Origin: Candidatus Brocadiia bacterium
GTDB taxonomy: Bacteria > Planctomycetota > Brocadiia > CAIUPP01
Direction: 5' to 3'
DNA length: 64,000 bases
Assembly (NCBI GenBank): GCA_050015075.1
Contig: JBEKCB010000001.1
Coordinates: 160,001-224,000, forward strand
Positions 17,463 to 29,009 of this stretch are shown here, piece by piece (positions within the stretch are counted from its first letter, which is position 1; each line of letters opens with the position of its first letter). A program made the position numbers and the translations under genes. The notes under the pieces are model-generated. The model made no database searches and was not told the origin of the DNA. It saw only the letters and a program-made list of their open reading frames with translations.

Positions 17463-18818
17463 TCAGTTATGAGCGTCCGGCGCGGGGCTTTGGACTTCGT
17501 TGCGGTAATGCTCCAGGTAACTGGCCTGTATCTTGAGCGTTAGCGCCATGCTCATCCGGCAATCCGAGGCACTTAGTTCCTCAAGCAAGGACGCGGTTGG
17601 TTGCGCCGTCACGGTCGGAAGCTGCTCTTCCAGGGCGTAGAGGAAGTCCTTCCCGGTGAAAGGATCTTTTGGAAAGCCGGCTGGAAAATACGTGGACAGT
17701 GCATTGAGCGAAGCCGGGTATTCGCCTTTCCGTGCCTCGAAGAGCGCGGCGGCGCAGAGAATTCGGGCCATCTCCAAGCGGCCGTTCTCGAACGCGAAAA
17801 CCGCGTAAGCGTGGATCACAACCTCCGGCCACAACGTAAGGAAAGGATTCCCGGAAAAGTCCTGCGCATCGGCCGGGATACAGAGCCGCCGCATTCGCTC
17901 GACCTCGGCGCGGATGAGCGGTTCGGATTGATACGGCGGCCCGTCGCAGGCCCTCGCGACCGCGTTCAGTTCATCTCCGAGCTGCGTCGTCCAACCTTCG
18001 AGCAGACCTTGGCGCTCTTCGGGCGTCTTAGATCGCAGCATCAGCCAGACGTTTTCCCACGCCGGGCCGAAGCAATCCTGGAACTGGCCTTCCTCGGTCG
18101 CGGCAAGTACTTGGTCGAGGTCCTTGTCGGACAGGAGCAGCACCTTCTTCAGCAGCGCCGGCTCGAACTTTGCCGCATAGCTCATGCAACGGGAGAATGA
18201 CAGTGGGTTCGGAGGAATTCGATCGAGCCGATCCATAAGCGCGCGGAGCGCTATAGGTCCCGGCTTGCGCGCTAGAAACGCCTCCATTTGCGGCAGGCTA
18301 ACCGACAACAACCCGTCGCCGTTGAGTGCGTATGCGAAGTAAGGGCACTGGCTGAGGTGCGCGGAGAACTGAAGCACATCCGCGCGAAGCTGCGCTGCGC
18401 GGAGCGCGTGACCTTCTCCTTCCAGCACGACCGCCGCGGCGAAACTGCGCCGGGCCAGTTTTCGAAATGAGTCCAAGTTAAGATCGCGGACTTCGCCGGT
18501 CAGCCGGTCAGTGTCGAAATCGCATTGCGAGCAGCCCGCGCCGACGTGAAGAAAGTCCATGGCTCCGCCGGCCTTGATGTCTTCCTTGAGAAAACTCACC
18601 GCTTCGCCGCGCTCGATGAAGACTTTCGGCGGCAGATGGCACCACTCTTCGATGTAGTCGAGAAGTTTCTGCTCCTGGTCGTTGGCCGGACGCTTCATTG
18701 CGGCCGCGGCGCACCAGTAATGAATCGCGGCGTTGCCGGGCTCGGCGGGTTCCTCGGCACGGGCGGGAAGCGCCGCGAGGGCGAGGATCAGCCAGAGAGT
18801 TGCGCGCGGAAGACGCAT
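17463..18818 (-). CDS. Secreted hypothetical protein with a pseudopilin-like C-terminal motif
   Basis: Signal peptide (ARA-EE), NAA..Y..A motif, GEYPASLNAL...PKDPFTGKDFLY; visibly lower GC than its neighbours. Confidence 0.7.
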   Translation of the reverse strand: MRLPRATLWLILALAALPARAEEPAEPGNAAIHYWCAAAAMKRPANDQEQKLLDYIEEWCHLPPKVFIERGEAVSFLKEDIKAGGAMDFLHVGAGCSQCDFDTDRLTGEVRDLNLDSFRKLARRSFAAAVVLEGEGHALRAAQLRADVLQFSAHLSQCPYFAYALNGDGLLSVSLPQMEAFLARKPGPIALRALMDRLDRIPPNPLSFSRCMSYAAKFEPALLKKVLLLSDKDLDQVLAATEEGQFQDCFGPAWENVWLMLRSKTPEERQGLLEGWTTQLGDELNAVARACDGPPYQSEPLIRAEVERMRRLCIPADAQDFSGNPFLTLWPEVVIHAYAVFAFENGRLEMARILCAAALFEARKGEYPASLNALSTYFPAGFPKDPFTGKDFLYALEEQLPTVTAQPTASLLEELSASDCRMSMALTLKIQASYLEHYRNEVQSPAPDAHN

Positions 18819-18833
18819 GGGAAATCCTCCGAG

Positions 18834-19484
18834 CTATTTCAAATTCGGCTTGACGAGCTTGTCGAAGACTTCCTCGACGGCCCGGCGCAAATCTTCGAGT
18901 GTGCCGTGGTTCGCGATGCGGACGTCGGCCAGGCGGATGCAGTCGCCGACGTTGGGCGCGTTTTTGCCCGGTGCGCCGGTCAGTTCCTGTTCGAGCAGGC
19001 GGACGGCGCCGTCCTCGGAGCGCAACGCGTCGGGCGATTCGTCCGGGCGGCGGCGGGCGATGAGGCGGCGGACGATCTCGCGCGGCTCGGCCTCCACCGC
19101 GACGAGGATGAAGCGCTTCCCGAACGCGGCGCGCAACGCTTGCACCTCGCCGGGATGCCGCACGCCGTCGCAGACGAAGACTTCCGGGCGTTTTTCGCCG
19201 GGCCAGGCTTCGATCTTCCCTGCGATGCGCGCGGCCAGCACGCCGGGCCCTTCCTTCGCGCGCAACTCCGTCCCGATCCGCGAGAGGATTTCGCGCGTGA
19301 ACGCCTTCTCCGGAATGCCGCGCGACTGGGCTTCGTCCTTGATCTGGTCGCTGAAGGAGATCGAGGCCAGCCGCCAGCCGCGCTCCGCCGCGAGGCCGGC
19401 GAGCGCGCAGGCGACTTCGCCTTTCCCGACCGAGGGAAGGCCGGTCAGGCCGATGATATGACTCGCTTCGCTCGTGATTTCCAA
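18834..19484 (-). CDS. P-loop nucleotide/dephospho-CoA kinase-like protein
   Basis: IIGLTGLPSVGKGE, DGVRHPGEV, IANHGTLEDL; start (TTG) uncertain. Confidence 0.8.
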   Translation of the reverse strand: MEITSEASHIIGLTGLPSVGKGEVACALAGLAAERGWRLASISFSDQIKDEAQSRGIPEKAFTREILSRIGTELRAKEGPGVLAARIAGKIEAWPGEKRPEVFVCDGVRHPGEVQALRAAFGKRFILVAVEAEPREIVRRLIARRRPDESPDALRSEDGAVRLLEQELTGAPGKNAPNVGDCIRLADVRIANHGTLEDLRRAVEEVFDKLVKPNLK

Positions 19485-19508
19485 ATCCGAATTTCCAATT
19501 TCCAATTG
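19477..19508. repeat. Single-arm 7-nt tandem repeat (ATTTCCA)
   Basis: atttcca-aatccga-atttcca-atttcca; same unit as the element at 2346. Confidence 0.7.
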
Positions 19509-19530
19509 TCCGTTCGGCAATCCGTCGGCA

Positions 19531-20475
19531 TTACGCGAGCAGTCCTTCGACGTGAGCGGCGGCGCACCGGGCCAGGCCGACGTGGTGATAGCCGCCTTCC
19601 AGGACCGAGACCACCCGCCCGCCGCACAACTGCCCGGCAAGGTCAGTGATCATGTCGGTCAGTGGCCGGAAATGTTGCGGCTCGAGCCCCATCGGCGCGA
19701 CGGGGTCGTCGCGCACCGCATCGAACCCGGCTGAGATGAGGACGAACTCGGGGCGGAAGTCCCACATCGGCCCGTCGACGACTTTGCGGGCCACGTCGAG
19801 GTATTCCTCGGGCGTGGCGCCGTGCGGAATCGGCCGGTTCACGATGCAGCCGAGGCCGGGACCCTCGCCGGTTTCCTCGCGCGCGCCGGTGCCGGGCCAG
19901 TGCGGCCAGAGATGGAGCGACGCGTAAAAGACCGAGCCGTCGCGGTAGAAGACCTGCTGCGTGCCGTTGCCGTGATGCGCGTCCCAGTCGAAGATCGCGA
20001 TGCGGCCGACGCCCAGGCGCTCGCGAAGATATTTCGCGGCGATCGCGACGTTGTTGAAGATGCAGAAGCCCATGCCCGCGTCGGAAATGGCATGGTGGCC
20101 GGGCGGCCGGACCGCGCAGAAGGCATTGTTTATTTCGCCGCGGAAGACGGCCTCGACGGCGGCGAGTCCCGCGCCCGCCGCGCGCACGGCGGCGGCGTAG
20201 GTCGCCGCGGACACGAGCGTCTCCGGGTCGAGCGTGCCGCCGCCGGACTCGGCCATTTCGCGCACGCGCCACACGTACGCCGGGTCGTGAACGAGGCACA
20301 ATTCCTCGACCGTAGCGTCGCGGCAGGCCGGATGCAGGCACCGGTCCCAAAGCCCCGTCCGCTGAAGCTCGGCGACGATCCACGCGAGCCGGTCCGGGTT
20401 CTCCGGATGCAGCCCCGTCTCATGCTTCAGGAACAGCGGGTCGTAAAAAATGCCGGTGTTCATCGGCCTCTCCAT
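19531..20475 (-). CDS. Histone deacetylase family (Zn-dependent amidohydrolase)
   Basis: HPENPDRL, RPPGHHA, GFCIFNN, DWDAHHGNGTQ, SAGFDA, LEGGY. Confidence 0.95.
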   Translation of the reverse strand: MERPMNTGIFYDPLFLKHETGLHPENPDRLAWIVAELQRTGLWDRCLHPACRDATVEELCLVHDPAYVWRVREMAESGGGTLDPETLVSAATYAAAVRAAGAGLAAVEAVFRGEINNAFCAVRPPGHHAISDAGMGFCIFNNVAIAAKYLRERLGVGRIAIFDWDAHHGNGTQQVFYRDGSVFYASLHLWPHWPGTGAREETGEGPGLGCIVNRPIPHGATPEEYLDVARKVVDGPMWDFRPEFVLISAGFDAVRDDPVAPMGLEPQHFRPLTDMITDLAGQLCGGRVVSVLEGGYHHVGLARCAAAHVEGLLA

Positions 20476-20514
20476 CGCTCGCCACGGATTACCACTACGA
20501 CAACAACGAAATTC

Positions 20515-20622
20515 TTGCCACGGATTTCACGGATGGCCACGGATTAACGAGAAACGAAAAATATTCCATTCTTAACTTTGCAGTCGTCGATAATCCGTGT
20601 AAATCCGTGAAATCCGTGGCAA
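20515..20622. repeat. Inverted repeat with 9/10-nt periodic arms (CACGGATT)
   Basis: Arms 20515-20546 and 20591-20622 are reverse-complementary at 29/32; an extra gccacggatt unit lies at 20481. Confidence 0.9.
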
Positions 20623-20647
20623 AAAATCCGTTCGTCCTCCGAGCTCT

Positions 20648-21919
<1,272 letters not shown>

Positions 21920-22038
21920 GGCGCTTCGGAACCTCCAGAGAGCAACGCGGAATCGCATCGGCGCGGCGCCCGGATTTTATCCCCAAACCCGGCGCGGCGC
22001 AAACGAATCGCCGGCTTTCACCACGACAACGGCGGTTC

Positions 22039-22129
22039 TCACCACGACGACACGACGAGCACGACGTGCGGCCAAGAGGATAATTCCAATTGAACTCCGT
22101 ACGTCGTGCTCGTTGTGCCGTCGTGGTGA
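22039..22129. repeat. Inverted repeat with 8/9-nt periodic arms (CACGACG)
   Basis: Arms 22039-22071 and 22097-22129 are reverse-complementary at 30/33; an extra caccacgac unit lies at 22019. Confidence 0.9.
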
Positions 22130-22148
22130 AGCATGACTTACGCTCAGG

Positions 22149-24152
22149 TCAAGGGCTCGGCGGCGCGGCTTGCGTTAGGGCCTGGAGGAACTGCGGGGAC
22201 GGCTCGGCGCCGAGGTACCGCACCGCCTGGATGTCCGCCCAGGCCCGGCGATAGTCCTTCTTGTAAAACCAGGCGACAGCCCGGTTGTAGTAGGCTTCGC
22301 GGTAATCAGGTCTCAGCGCGATCGCCCGCGTGTAATCGCTGATGGCGCGGTCGTAATCTTCCCGGTCAGAGTAAGTGTTCCCGCGGTTGAAGTAGGCGCC
22401 GGGGTAATCGGGTTTCAACGCGATGGCTTTCGAGTAATCCGCCAGCGCCTCGTCCAGGCGCCCCGTCTTTCCGCAGGCGACGGCGCGGTTCATGTACGAG
22501 GGTGCGAACGACGGATTCAAATCGGTGGCCTTGTCGTATTCCCGGATGGCCTGATTGTAGTCGCCGGCGGCCTTGTTGTATTCATGGATGGCCTGCTCGT
22601 ACTCGCCCCGGTGCGCGAGCACCACGCCGCGCGTGTCGTGGAAGACCCAGTAATTCGGGTCCAGCCGGACCGCCTCGTCACAGTCCCTGAGCGCGTCGTC
22701 GAACCGGCCCAGTGCATTGTAGGCGATCGCGCGGCCGTTGTATGCGGGCTCATAGTTCGGATTCAGCCGGATTGCGGCGGTATGGTCCTCGATCGCCCGG
22801 GCGTAGTCATGGTTCTCGAAGTACGCCATCCCGCGGCCTTCGAGCGCGCGCGGGTTGTTCGGCGCCTTACGGACCGTATCGTTCCAGATCGAGAACTCCG
22901 ACCGATAGTCCAGGTTGCGCAGGGCCGTCAGGAACCCCAGCACGACAACGGCGAGGACCACCGCCACCGCCGGACCGCCCGGCGCGCGCCGCCGGCCTCC
23001 GCCGAGCCGGCCGAGCAAGAGATAGCCTCCGATCACCACGAAGGCCGCCACCGCCGCCAGCGACAGGTACATCCGGCGCTCGGCCGCCGCGTCGGCGATC
23101 GGATAGAAGCTGGAGGACGGCGCCAGAGTCAGGAAGAACCACGCGCCCAGAAACCCCCACGCCGGCCGCAACGCCAGCGCCGCCGCCGTCGCCGCGAAGA
23201 GCGCTCCGACGACGACCGCGCCGGGCAAAATCGCCGCCGCGCTCTTCGCCACCGGCCAGTTGTAGTCCAGGCACAACCCGGCCGGCCAGAACGAGAGCCT
23301 CAGATAGTGCAGAATCACGCCCAGTTGCGTCACGGCATAACTCATCCAGGTGACGCCGCCCACCTGGAAACCCGCCGACGCGTGCTGCGCGTTGGCCTGC
23401 GGCGCAAACGACGGGATCAGCAGCAGCCACGTCGCGGCCAGCGCAACGTACACCGGCCACCGGCGGCGCAACGTATCGAGGAGAGATCCGGAGAGGAAAA
23501 TCCAATCGTAGAGAAAGACCACCAGCGGCGCGGTGGCGGCCGTCTGCTTGCTCAGCATTCCCAGGACGCAGGCGGCGAACGCGGCGATATGCCAGCGCGG
23601 CGGCCGCTCCGAGAGCGCGCCGCGCGCGACGCAGTAGACGGTGAGCAGGCAGAAGAGCCCCGCGAGCGACTCCTGGCGCTGGATGATGTAGGTCACCGCC
23701 TCAGTCTGGAGCGGGTGGACCTCCCAGATCAACGCCGTCGCGAGCGCCAGCGCCGTCGCCGCGCCCTCGAAGCGCTCGCGCAGGGCAGGCAGATTCAGCG
23801 TCAGGCGGACCAACCCGAACAGCGTCAGCGCCGCCAGAATGTGCACGACGATGTTGAAGGCGTGAAACGATGCCACGTCCGGCGCACCGCCCGAGAGGGC
23901 GCAATTGATCGCCAGGGTCAGGTTCGGGATCGGCCGGTTCAGCGACACGAAGAACTTCCACGGCGGCCAGAGCTGCCGGATCGCGGGGTTCGAGACGATC
24001 TGGTCAATATCGTCGAAGACGAACGCGTCCGACAGGCTGTTGGCGTACGCCGCCAGACCGGCGAGGATGATGACCAGCACGGCGAGCCGGTGGAACCTCT
24101 CGCGGGCGAACCGCTGGGCGTTCGGGAGTGCGGAAGGCGGCGGCGCATTCAT
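22149..24152 (-). CDS. TMTC-like multi-TM glycosyltransferase-type protein with C-terminal TPRs
   Basis: FVFDD...IVSNP, HPLQTEAVTYI.QR, SK..A, ERRMYL; more than 10 TMs followed by TPR repeats. Confidence 0.85.
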   Translation of the reverse strand: MNAPPPSALPNAQRFARERFHRLAVLVIILAGLAAYANSLSDAFVFDDIDQIVSNPAIRQLWPPWKFFVSLNRPIPNLTLAINCALSGGAPDVASFHAFNIVVHILAALTLFGLVRLTLNLPALRERFEGAATALALATALIWEVHPLQTEAVTYIIQRQESLAGLFCLLTVYCVARGALSERPPRWHIAAFAACVLGMLSKQTAATAPLVVFLYDWIFLSGSLLDTLRRRWPVYVALAATWLLLIPSFAPQANAQHASAGFQVGGVTWMSYAVTQLGVILHYLRLSFWPAGLCLDYNWPVAKSAAAILPGAVVVGALFAATAAALALRPAWGFLGAWFFLTLAPSSSFYPIADAAAERRMYLSLAAVAAFVVIGGYLLLGRLGGGRRRAPGGPAVAVVLAVVVLGFLTALRNLDYRSEFSIWNDTVRKAPNNPRALEGRGMAYFENHDYARAIEDHTAAIRLNPNYEPAYNGRAIAYNALGRFDDALRDCDEAVRLDPNYWVFHDTRGVVLAHRGEYEQAIHEYNKAAGDYNQAIREYDKATDLNPSFAPSYMNRAVACGKTGRLDEALADYSKAIALKPDYPGAYFNRGNTYSDREDYDRAISDYTRAIALRPDYREAYYNRAVAWFYKKDYRRAWADIQAVRYLGAEPSPQFLQALTQAAPPSP

Positions 24153-24217
24153 GCGGACATTCTACGTTCCGCCGCGCCGCGGGGCAAGTTTTCCGGCGCG
24201 GGGCCGGCCGCGGGACG

Positions 24218-24253
24218 AAAAAAAAGAAGCGCTCCCCGAAAGGAGCGCTTCTT
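24218..24253 (-). terminator. Rho-independent terminator of the PEP-CTERM gene
   Basis: Minus strand aagaagcgctcc-tttcgg-ggagcgcttctt running into a T8 tract. Confidence 0.85.
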
Positions 24254-24282
24254 CGAATGCAGGGAAGACGGAGGCTGACGGA

Positions 24283-24972
24283 TTACCGGCTCTTCCGCCT
24301 TGAGAGCTTCGCGACCAGGCCGGCCAGCCCGAGGCCCAGCAGCGTCATCGTCGCCGGCTCAGGCACGAAACCCGTAACGGGACCGCCGCTGGTCAAGTTG
24401 AACGCCAGTCCGTTAGCCTCAGGACCAGCCCAGGATGCGTCAGGGGTGTAGTAAGACCACGCATCGGTTTCCGTTTCATCGCTCGTGACCCAGCCATACG
24501 TATTATTGGGGTTGGCGATCGTGCCGTAAATGGTGAGGAAGTACGATCCGGCCGGGAGCGAGATGCTCGTCGAGGCATTGAATTCGTAGAGGTCATAAGA
24601 ACCAAAAGGGAAAACCTGAGTGCCCGTGTCTACGGGGCTGCCGCTGCCCAGCGAACCGGCGTCGGAGTCAACCTCGCCGCTGGGCTGTGCGTTGCCGCCG
24701 GGATTCGACTGGATCTCGTAGTCGAAGACGTTCCCGCCGGCCGGCGGCGTATTATCGCCGTAGTAAGCGCCCCACCATTCGATTCCAGTGATCGTGCTGG
24801 CGGATCCCAGCGTGAAATAGTCATACGCCTCGTAACCGTTGTCTGGGATGTCGCTGAAATAAATGTTGTTGTAATCCGGCGTTCCATTGTTGTAGAGGAC
24901 CACGGCCGACGCCGGCGCGGACCAGACAGCCAGAACTCCCCCGATGACCAAAGCAAGCCATGCCTTGCGCAT
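24283..24972 (-). CDS. PEP-CTERM sorting domain protein
   Basis: Signal peptide (ASA), S/T/G/Y-rich body, C-terminal VPEPATMTLLGLGLAGLVAKLSRRKSR. Confidence 0.93.
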   Translation of the reverse strand: MRKAWLALVIGGVLAVWSAPASAVVLYNNGTPDYNNIYFSDIPDNGYEAYDYFTLGSASTITGIEWWGAYYGDNTPPAGGNVFDYEIQSNPGGNAQPSGEVDSDAGSLGSGSPVDTGTQVFPFGSYDLYEFNASTSISLPAGSYFLTIYGTIANPNNTYGWVTSDETETDAWSYYTPDASWAGPEANGLAFNLTSGGPVTGFVPEPATMTLLGLGLAGLVAKLSRRKSR

Positions 24973-25357
24973 CGCTTTGACCCCCTTCTTTTCCGATAAA
25001 AAACCCATGTTGACCCGCCGAGTCCGCCGCAATTCGCGTGCCGAGGTGCCGACTTCGCGCCTCCTGGCCGCTGGATTGCCCAATGAATACGCGGAGTTTA
25101 ACGCTGCGGGAGAAGTTTTCGCGCCGATTCGGAGATCGGGTCTGCTGTTGTCATATCTCGACACGCCGAGACCGCTGCGCATGCGATGTAGGAGGAAAAT
25201 CCTTGCCGCCATAGGAGAATCTCGCATGTTGCGCCGGCGCTACACGACTCGTCGAAAATTAACTTCGGAACGGCGCTTTATGCTATCATTGCGCGCCGCC
25301 TCTTCGGCCGCGGGCAAGCTGGTGCTCTGTGACAGGTGATTCGATATTCTGGTCATC

Positions 25358-25426
25358 GTCATTCCCGCGAAAGCGGGAATCCAGCGATGCGCGCTGAACG
25401 TGGAATCCCGCTTTCGCGGGAATGAC
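25358..25426. repeat. REP-like doublet GTCATTCCCGCGAAAGCGGGAATCCA
   Basis: Two 26-nt internally palindromic units in inverted orientation, 1 mismatch. Confidence 0.9.
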
Positions 25427-25495
25427 AAATGGACGCTGATGGCAATGCCGTAGCCTATGCGTATCATTTCTAAGGAAGCACTAAAGGTCCACGGA

Positions 25496-26659
25496 ATGCC
25501 GCAGGAATTTCGCATGGTCGCCAAGACGCTCTTCGGGCTGGAGGGCGTCCTCGCCGAGGAGCTGCGCGGCCTCGGCGCGCGGGAAATCCAGCCGTTCAAC
25601 CGGCTCGTCACGTTCAAAGGCGACCACCGTCTCCTCTATCGCGCGAACCTCTGCTGCCGCACCGCGATCCGCGTCCTCAAGCGCATCCGGAAATTCAACG
25701 CCGCCGACGAGAAGGAACTCTACGCCGAGGTCCGCAAGACAGACTGGTCGCGCTACCTCGACGAGACCGGCTCCCTGGCGATTGACCCGGTGGTCACGCG
25801 CTCGACCTTCACCAATTCCCTCTACGTGGCGCAGCGGGCGAAGGACGCCATCGTGGACCAGTTCCGCGAGCGCACCGGCGCGCGGCCCTCGGTGCGCCTG
25901 GAGAACCCCGACCTGCGGCTGAACCTGCACATGAACGAGAACATCGTTACGCTGTACCTGGACTCGTCCGGCGACTCGCTCCACCGGCGCGGGTACCGCA
26001 CGGAGGCCAACATCGCGCCGATGAACGAGGTGCTCGCGGCGGGGATCATTCAACTGAGCGGATGGGACTGCGCCTCGCCGTTCGCCGACGGCATGTGCGG
26101 CTCGGGCACGTTCGTCATCGAGGCGGCGCTGATGGCGCGGAAAATTCCGCCCGGCGCGTTCCGGAAGCAGTTCGGGTTCGAGCGCTGGAAGGATTACGAC
26201 CCGGCGCTCTATCGCGAGGTGTTCCAGGAGGCGACCGCCGAGGAGACGGAGAAGCTGCCGTTCGAGATCCTCGGCTCGGACCTGGACGCCCAGAGCGTCC
26301 GCATCGCAGAGCGGAACGTCCGCAACGCCGGACTGGAGAACGACGTGCGGATCGAGCGCCGCTCGTTCGAGGAGCAGACGCCGCAGCGCGGCCGCGGCAC
26401 GCTGATCCTCAACCCGCCCTACGGCGCGCGGATCGCCGTGCAGCAGATCAACACGCTCTACCGGATGATCGGCGATACGCTCAAGAAAAAATACGCCGGC
26501 TGGACCGCGTGCGTCGTCTCGGGCAACCCCGAGGCGCTCGACAGCCTGGGTCTGCGCCCGTCCAAAGTCACCCCGCTCTTCAACGGCCCCATCGAGTGCC
26601 GGCTGCTCGAGTTCCAGGTGCAGCGGCCGAAACAATACCGCAGCCGCAAGAGTGGCTGA
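25496..26659 (+). CDS. THUMP-domain RNA methyltransferase (RlmL-like)
   Basis: DSSGDSLHRRGYR, DGMCGSGTFVIEAA, ILNPPYG. Confidence 0.92.
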   Translation: MPQEFRMVAKTLFGLEGVLAEELRGLGAREIQPFNRLVTFKGDHRLLYRANLCCRTAIRVLKRIRKFNAADEKELYAEVRKTDWSRYLDETGSLAIDPVVTRSTFTNSLYVAQRAKDAIVDQFRERTGARPSVRLENPDLRLNLHMNENIVTLYLDSSGDSLHRRGYRTEANIAPMNEVLAAGIIQLSGWDCASPFADGMCGSGTFVIEAALMARKIPPGAFRKQFGFERWKDYDPALYREVFQEATAEETEKLPFEILGSDLDAQSVRIAERNVRNAGLENDVRIERRSFEEQTPQRGRGTLILNPPYGARIAVQQINTLYRMIGDTLKKKYAGWTACVVSGNPEALDSLGLRPSKVTPLFNGPIECRLLEFQVQRPKQYRSRKSG

Positions 26660-26731
26660 CGGCCGCGTCATCGCTTGCATTCCGAGCGCTCTTGTCCCAT
26701 AATAGCCGCCTTGGAATCCCGAAAGAGATTC

Positions 26732-26760
26732 CACCACGAAGTTCACGAAGGGCACGAAGA
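26732..26760. repeat. Single-arm 9-nt tandem repeat (CACGAAG)
   Basis: cac-cacgaagtt-cacgaaggg-cacgaaga. Confidence 0.7.
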
Positions 26761-26806
26761 ACAGCCGGGATTGTCAACGCTTTTAAACGATTGGAAAGGG
26801 CGGACG

Positions 26807-27919
26807 ATGGCGGATGGAAAAATCAAAATCGGGATCATCGGCACCGGCGCGATCAGCGGGGCATACCTGAAGCGGCTGCCGATGTTCGAGAACCTGGAAG
26901 TCGCGGCGTGCGCGGACCTCGACGCCGCGCGCGCGAAGGCCAAGGCGGCGGAGTTCAAAATTCCCAAGGCGTGCTCCGTGCGCAAGCTGCTCGCCGACCC
27001 GGAGATCAGCATCGTCCTGAACCTGACCGTGCCGAAGGCGCACGCGAAGGTGGCCCTGGCCGTGTTGAAGGCGGGCAAGTCGGTGTACTCCGAGAAGCCG
27101 CTGGCGGTCACGCGCAATCACGGCAAGCGCATCCTGGCCCTGGCCGCGGAAAAAGGGCTGCGCGTGGGCAACGCGCCGGACACCTTCCTCGGCGCGGGCT
27201 TTCAGACCTGCCGGAAGGTCATTGACGACGGGCTCATCGGCGAGCCGGTCGCGGCCACGGCGTTCATGCTCAGCCACGGCGTGGAGACCTGGCACCCGAA
27301 CCCGCCGTTCTATTATGAAGTCGGCGGCGGCCCGATGTTCGACATGGGACCGTACTACCTGACCGCGCTGATCAGCCTCATCGGCCCGATCAAACGCGTC
27401 ACCGCCTGCACGCGCATCACGTTCCCCGAGCGCACCGTCACCAGCGAGCCGCTGAAGGGCACGGTCATCAAGGTCGAGACGCCCACGCACGTCGCCGGCG
27501 TGATGGAGTTCGCCAACGGCGCCATCGGCACGCTCGTCACCAGCTTCGACGTCTGGGGCGGAAAGACCATCCCGCGGATCGAGATCTACGGCACGAAGGG
27601 CAGCCTCTCCTGCCCCGACCCGAACACCTTCGGCGGCGACGTCTTCATCCGCCTCTCAGGCGACAAGGAATGGTCGCCCGTGCCGCTCTCGCACGTCTAT
27701 TCCGAGAACTGGCGCGGCATCGGCGTCGCGGACATGGCCTGCGGCCTGCAGAGCGGCCGCAAGCACCGCGCGAACGGCCAGATGGCCTACCACGTCGTGG
27801 ACGTCATGCAGTCGTTCCTGGATTCCGGCGCGAAGGGCCGGCACATGACGCCGGCCAGCACGTGCGAGCGCCCCGCCGCGTTGCCGACGGGCCTGGTCGA
27901 AGGAAAGCTGGACCGGTAA
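26807..27919 (+). CDS. Gfo/Idh/MocA family oxidoreductase
   Basis: [29 protein letters not shown]. Confidence 0.92.
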   Translation: MADGKIKIGIIGTGAISGAYLKRLPMFENLEVAACADLDAARAKAKAAEFKIPKACSVRKLLADPEISIVLNLTVPKAHAKVALAVLKAGKSVYSEKPLAVTRNHGKRILALAAEKGLRVGNAPDTFLGAGFQTCRKVIDDGLIGEPVAATAFMLSHGVETWHPNPPFYYEVGGGPMFDMGPYYLTALISLIGPIKRVTACTRITFPERTVTSEPLKGTVIKVETPTHVAGVMEFANGAIGTLVTSFDVWGGKTIPRIEIYGTKGSLSCPDPNTFGGDVFIRLSGDKEWSPVPLSHVYSENWRGIGVADMACGLQSGRKHRANGQMAYHVVDVMQSFLDSGAKGRHMTPASTCERPAALPTGLVEGKLDR

Positions 27920-27956
27920 ATCTCATCGCCCTGCACGGGCTTTAAAGGAGTTTTCG

Positions 27957-28586
27957 ATGAAACAAGCCTTGGTCGTCTGGGGCGGCTGGCTGGGCCATAC
28001 GCCGAAGGAAGGCGCGGAGCTTTTCGCGCCCTGGCTGCAGAAGCAGGGCTACGAAGTCACCGTCTCGACCACGCTCGACTCGTACCTGGACAAGGACAAA
28101 ATGCTGGCGCTCAGCCTGATCGTGCCGATCTGGACGATGGGCAAGATCACGCGGGAGCAATCGGAGGGGCTGCGCAACGCGGTCGCCTCCGGAGTGGGCA
28201 TCGCCGGGTGGCACGGCGGCATGGGCGATTCGTTCCGCGAGGACACCGATTACCAGTGGATGGTCGGCGGGCAATGGGTCGCCCATCCGGGCGGCTGCAT
28301 CCCGTCGTATCGCGTGAACGTCACCCGGCCCGACCACACTATCATGCGCGGGATCAAGGATTTCACGATGCTGAACACCGAGCAGTACTACCTGCACGTG
28401 GATCCTTCCAACGAGGTGCTGGCGACGACGACTTTCGCCAGCGGCTGCGTGATGCCGCAGGTCTGGACGCGGATGTGGAGCAAGGGGAAGGTGTTCTATA
28501 GCGCGCTGGGGCACACGTTCAAGGACTTCGAGATCCCGCAGGCGCTGGAGATCATGCAGCGGGGAATGCTCTGGGCGAGCCGGTGA
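27957..28586 (+). CDS. ThuA-like (class I glutamine amidotransferase-like) domain protein
   Basis: WGGWLGH.P, GWHGGMGDSFR, GGQWVAHPG, EQYYLHVDP, GKVFYSALGH. Confidence 0.9.
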   Translation: MKQALVVWGGWLGHTPKEGAELFAPWLQKQGYEVTVSTTLDSYLDKDKMLALSLIVPIWTMGKITREQSEGLRNAVASGVGIAGWHGGMGDSFREDTDYQWMVGGQWVAHPGGCIPSYRVNVTRPDHTIMRGIKDFTMLNTEQYYLHVDPSNEVLATTTFASGCVMPQVWTRMWSKGKVFYSALGHTFKDFEIPQALEIMQRGMLWASR

Positions 28587-28590
28587 GGCT

Positions 28591-28645
28591 GCTCGTAGTG
28601 TGCCCGTCAGGGCATACGGAGTAGCGCCTTACGGCGCCACTACAA
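28591..28645 (+). repeat. GTAG-type REP doublet (REPIN-like), copy 1
   Basis: GTAGTG-TGCCC-GTCA-GGGCA ... GCGCC-TTAC-GGCGC-CACTAC; four copies in the window. Confidence 0.9.
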
Positions 28646-28646
28646 A

Positions 28647-29009
28647 CTATTTCTGCGCGGCCGCCTCCGAATCCGTCTGGCCCGGCGAAAGCGCCTGCTG
28701 AATCGCCTTATTGACCCGGTTCATCAGCTCCATATAGTCCGCCTGGGCGCGGACGAGTTCCTGGAGTTTCGGGGCGCTGTGGACCGCGTCGCTCAGCCGG
28801 ATCATCTCGTGTTTGTCTTCCGGCTCGACGGGCTTGCGGTCGCCTTCGAGGGCTTCGATCTTCCGGCGCTGGCGCTCGAACTCTTCCAGGATTTTCTGCG
28901 AGGCTGCGTCGCTCTGGACGGCGCCCTCCGCGGCGCGCAGGCGCTGAAACGCCTCGTCCTGCGCTATCTGTCTTCCAAGCTCCGCAGCGGCGGCAAGGGC
29001 TTTTTCCAT
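28647..29009 (-). CDS. YlbF/YmcA (Com_YlbF) family protein
   Basis: A.ELG..I...E.F..L..A...V..D helical pattern; 120 aa. Confidence 0.8.
   Translation of the reverse strand: MEKALAAAAELGRQIAQDEAFQRLRAAEGAVQSDAASQKILEEFERQRRKIEALEGDRKPVEPEDKHEMIRLSDAVHSAPKLQELVRAQADYMELMNRVNKAIQQALSPGQTDSEAAAQK

Noticed and set aside
25005-25085. Possible c-di-GMP-I riboswitch upstream of the PEP-CTERM gene (minus strand GGCAATCC...GGAGGCGCGAAG)
   Set aside because: Only a loose resemblance; it lacks the GAAA tetraloop stem and a convincing second stem. A cmscan is needed to exclude it fully.
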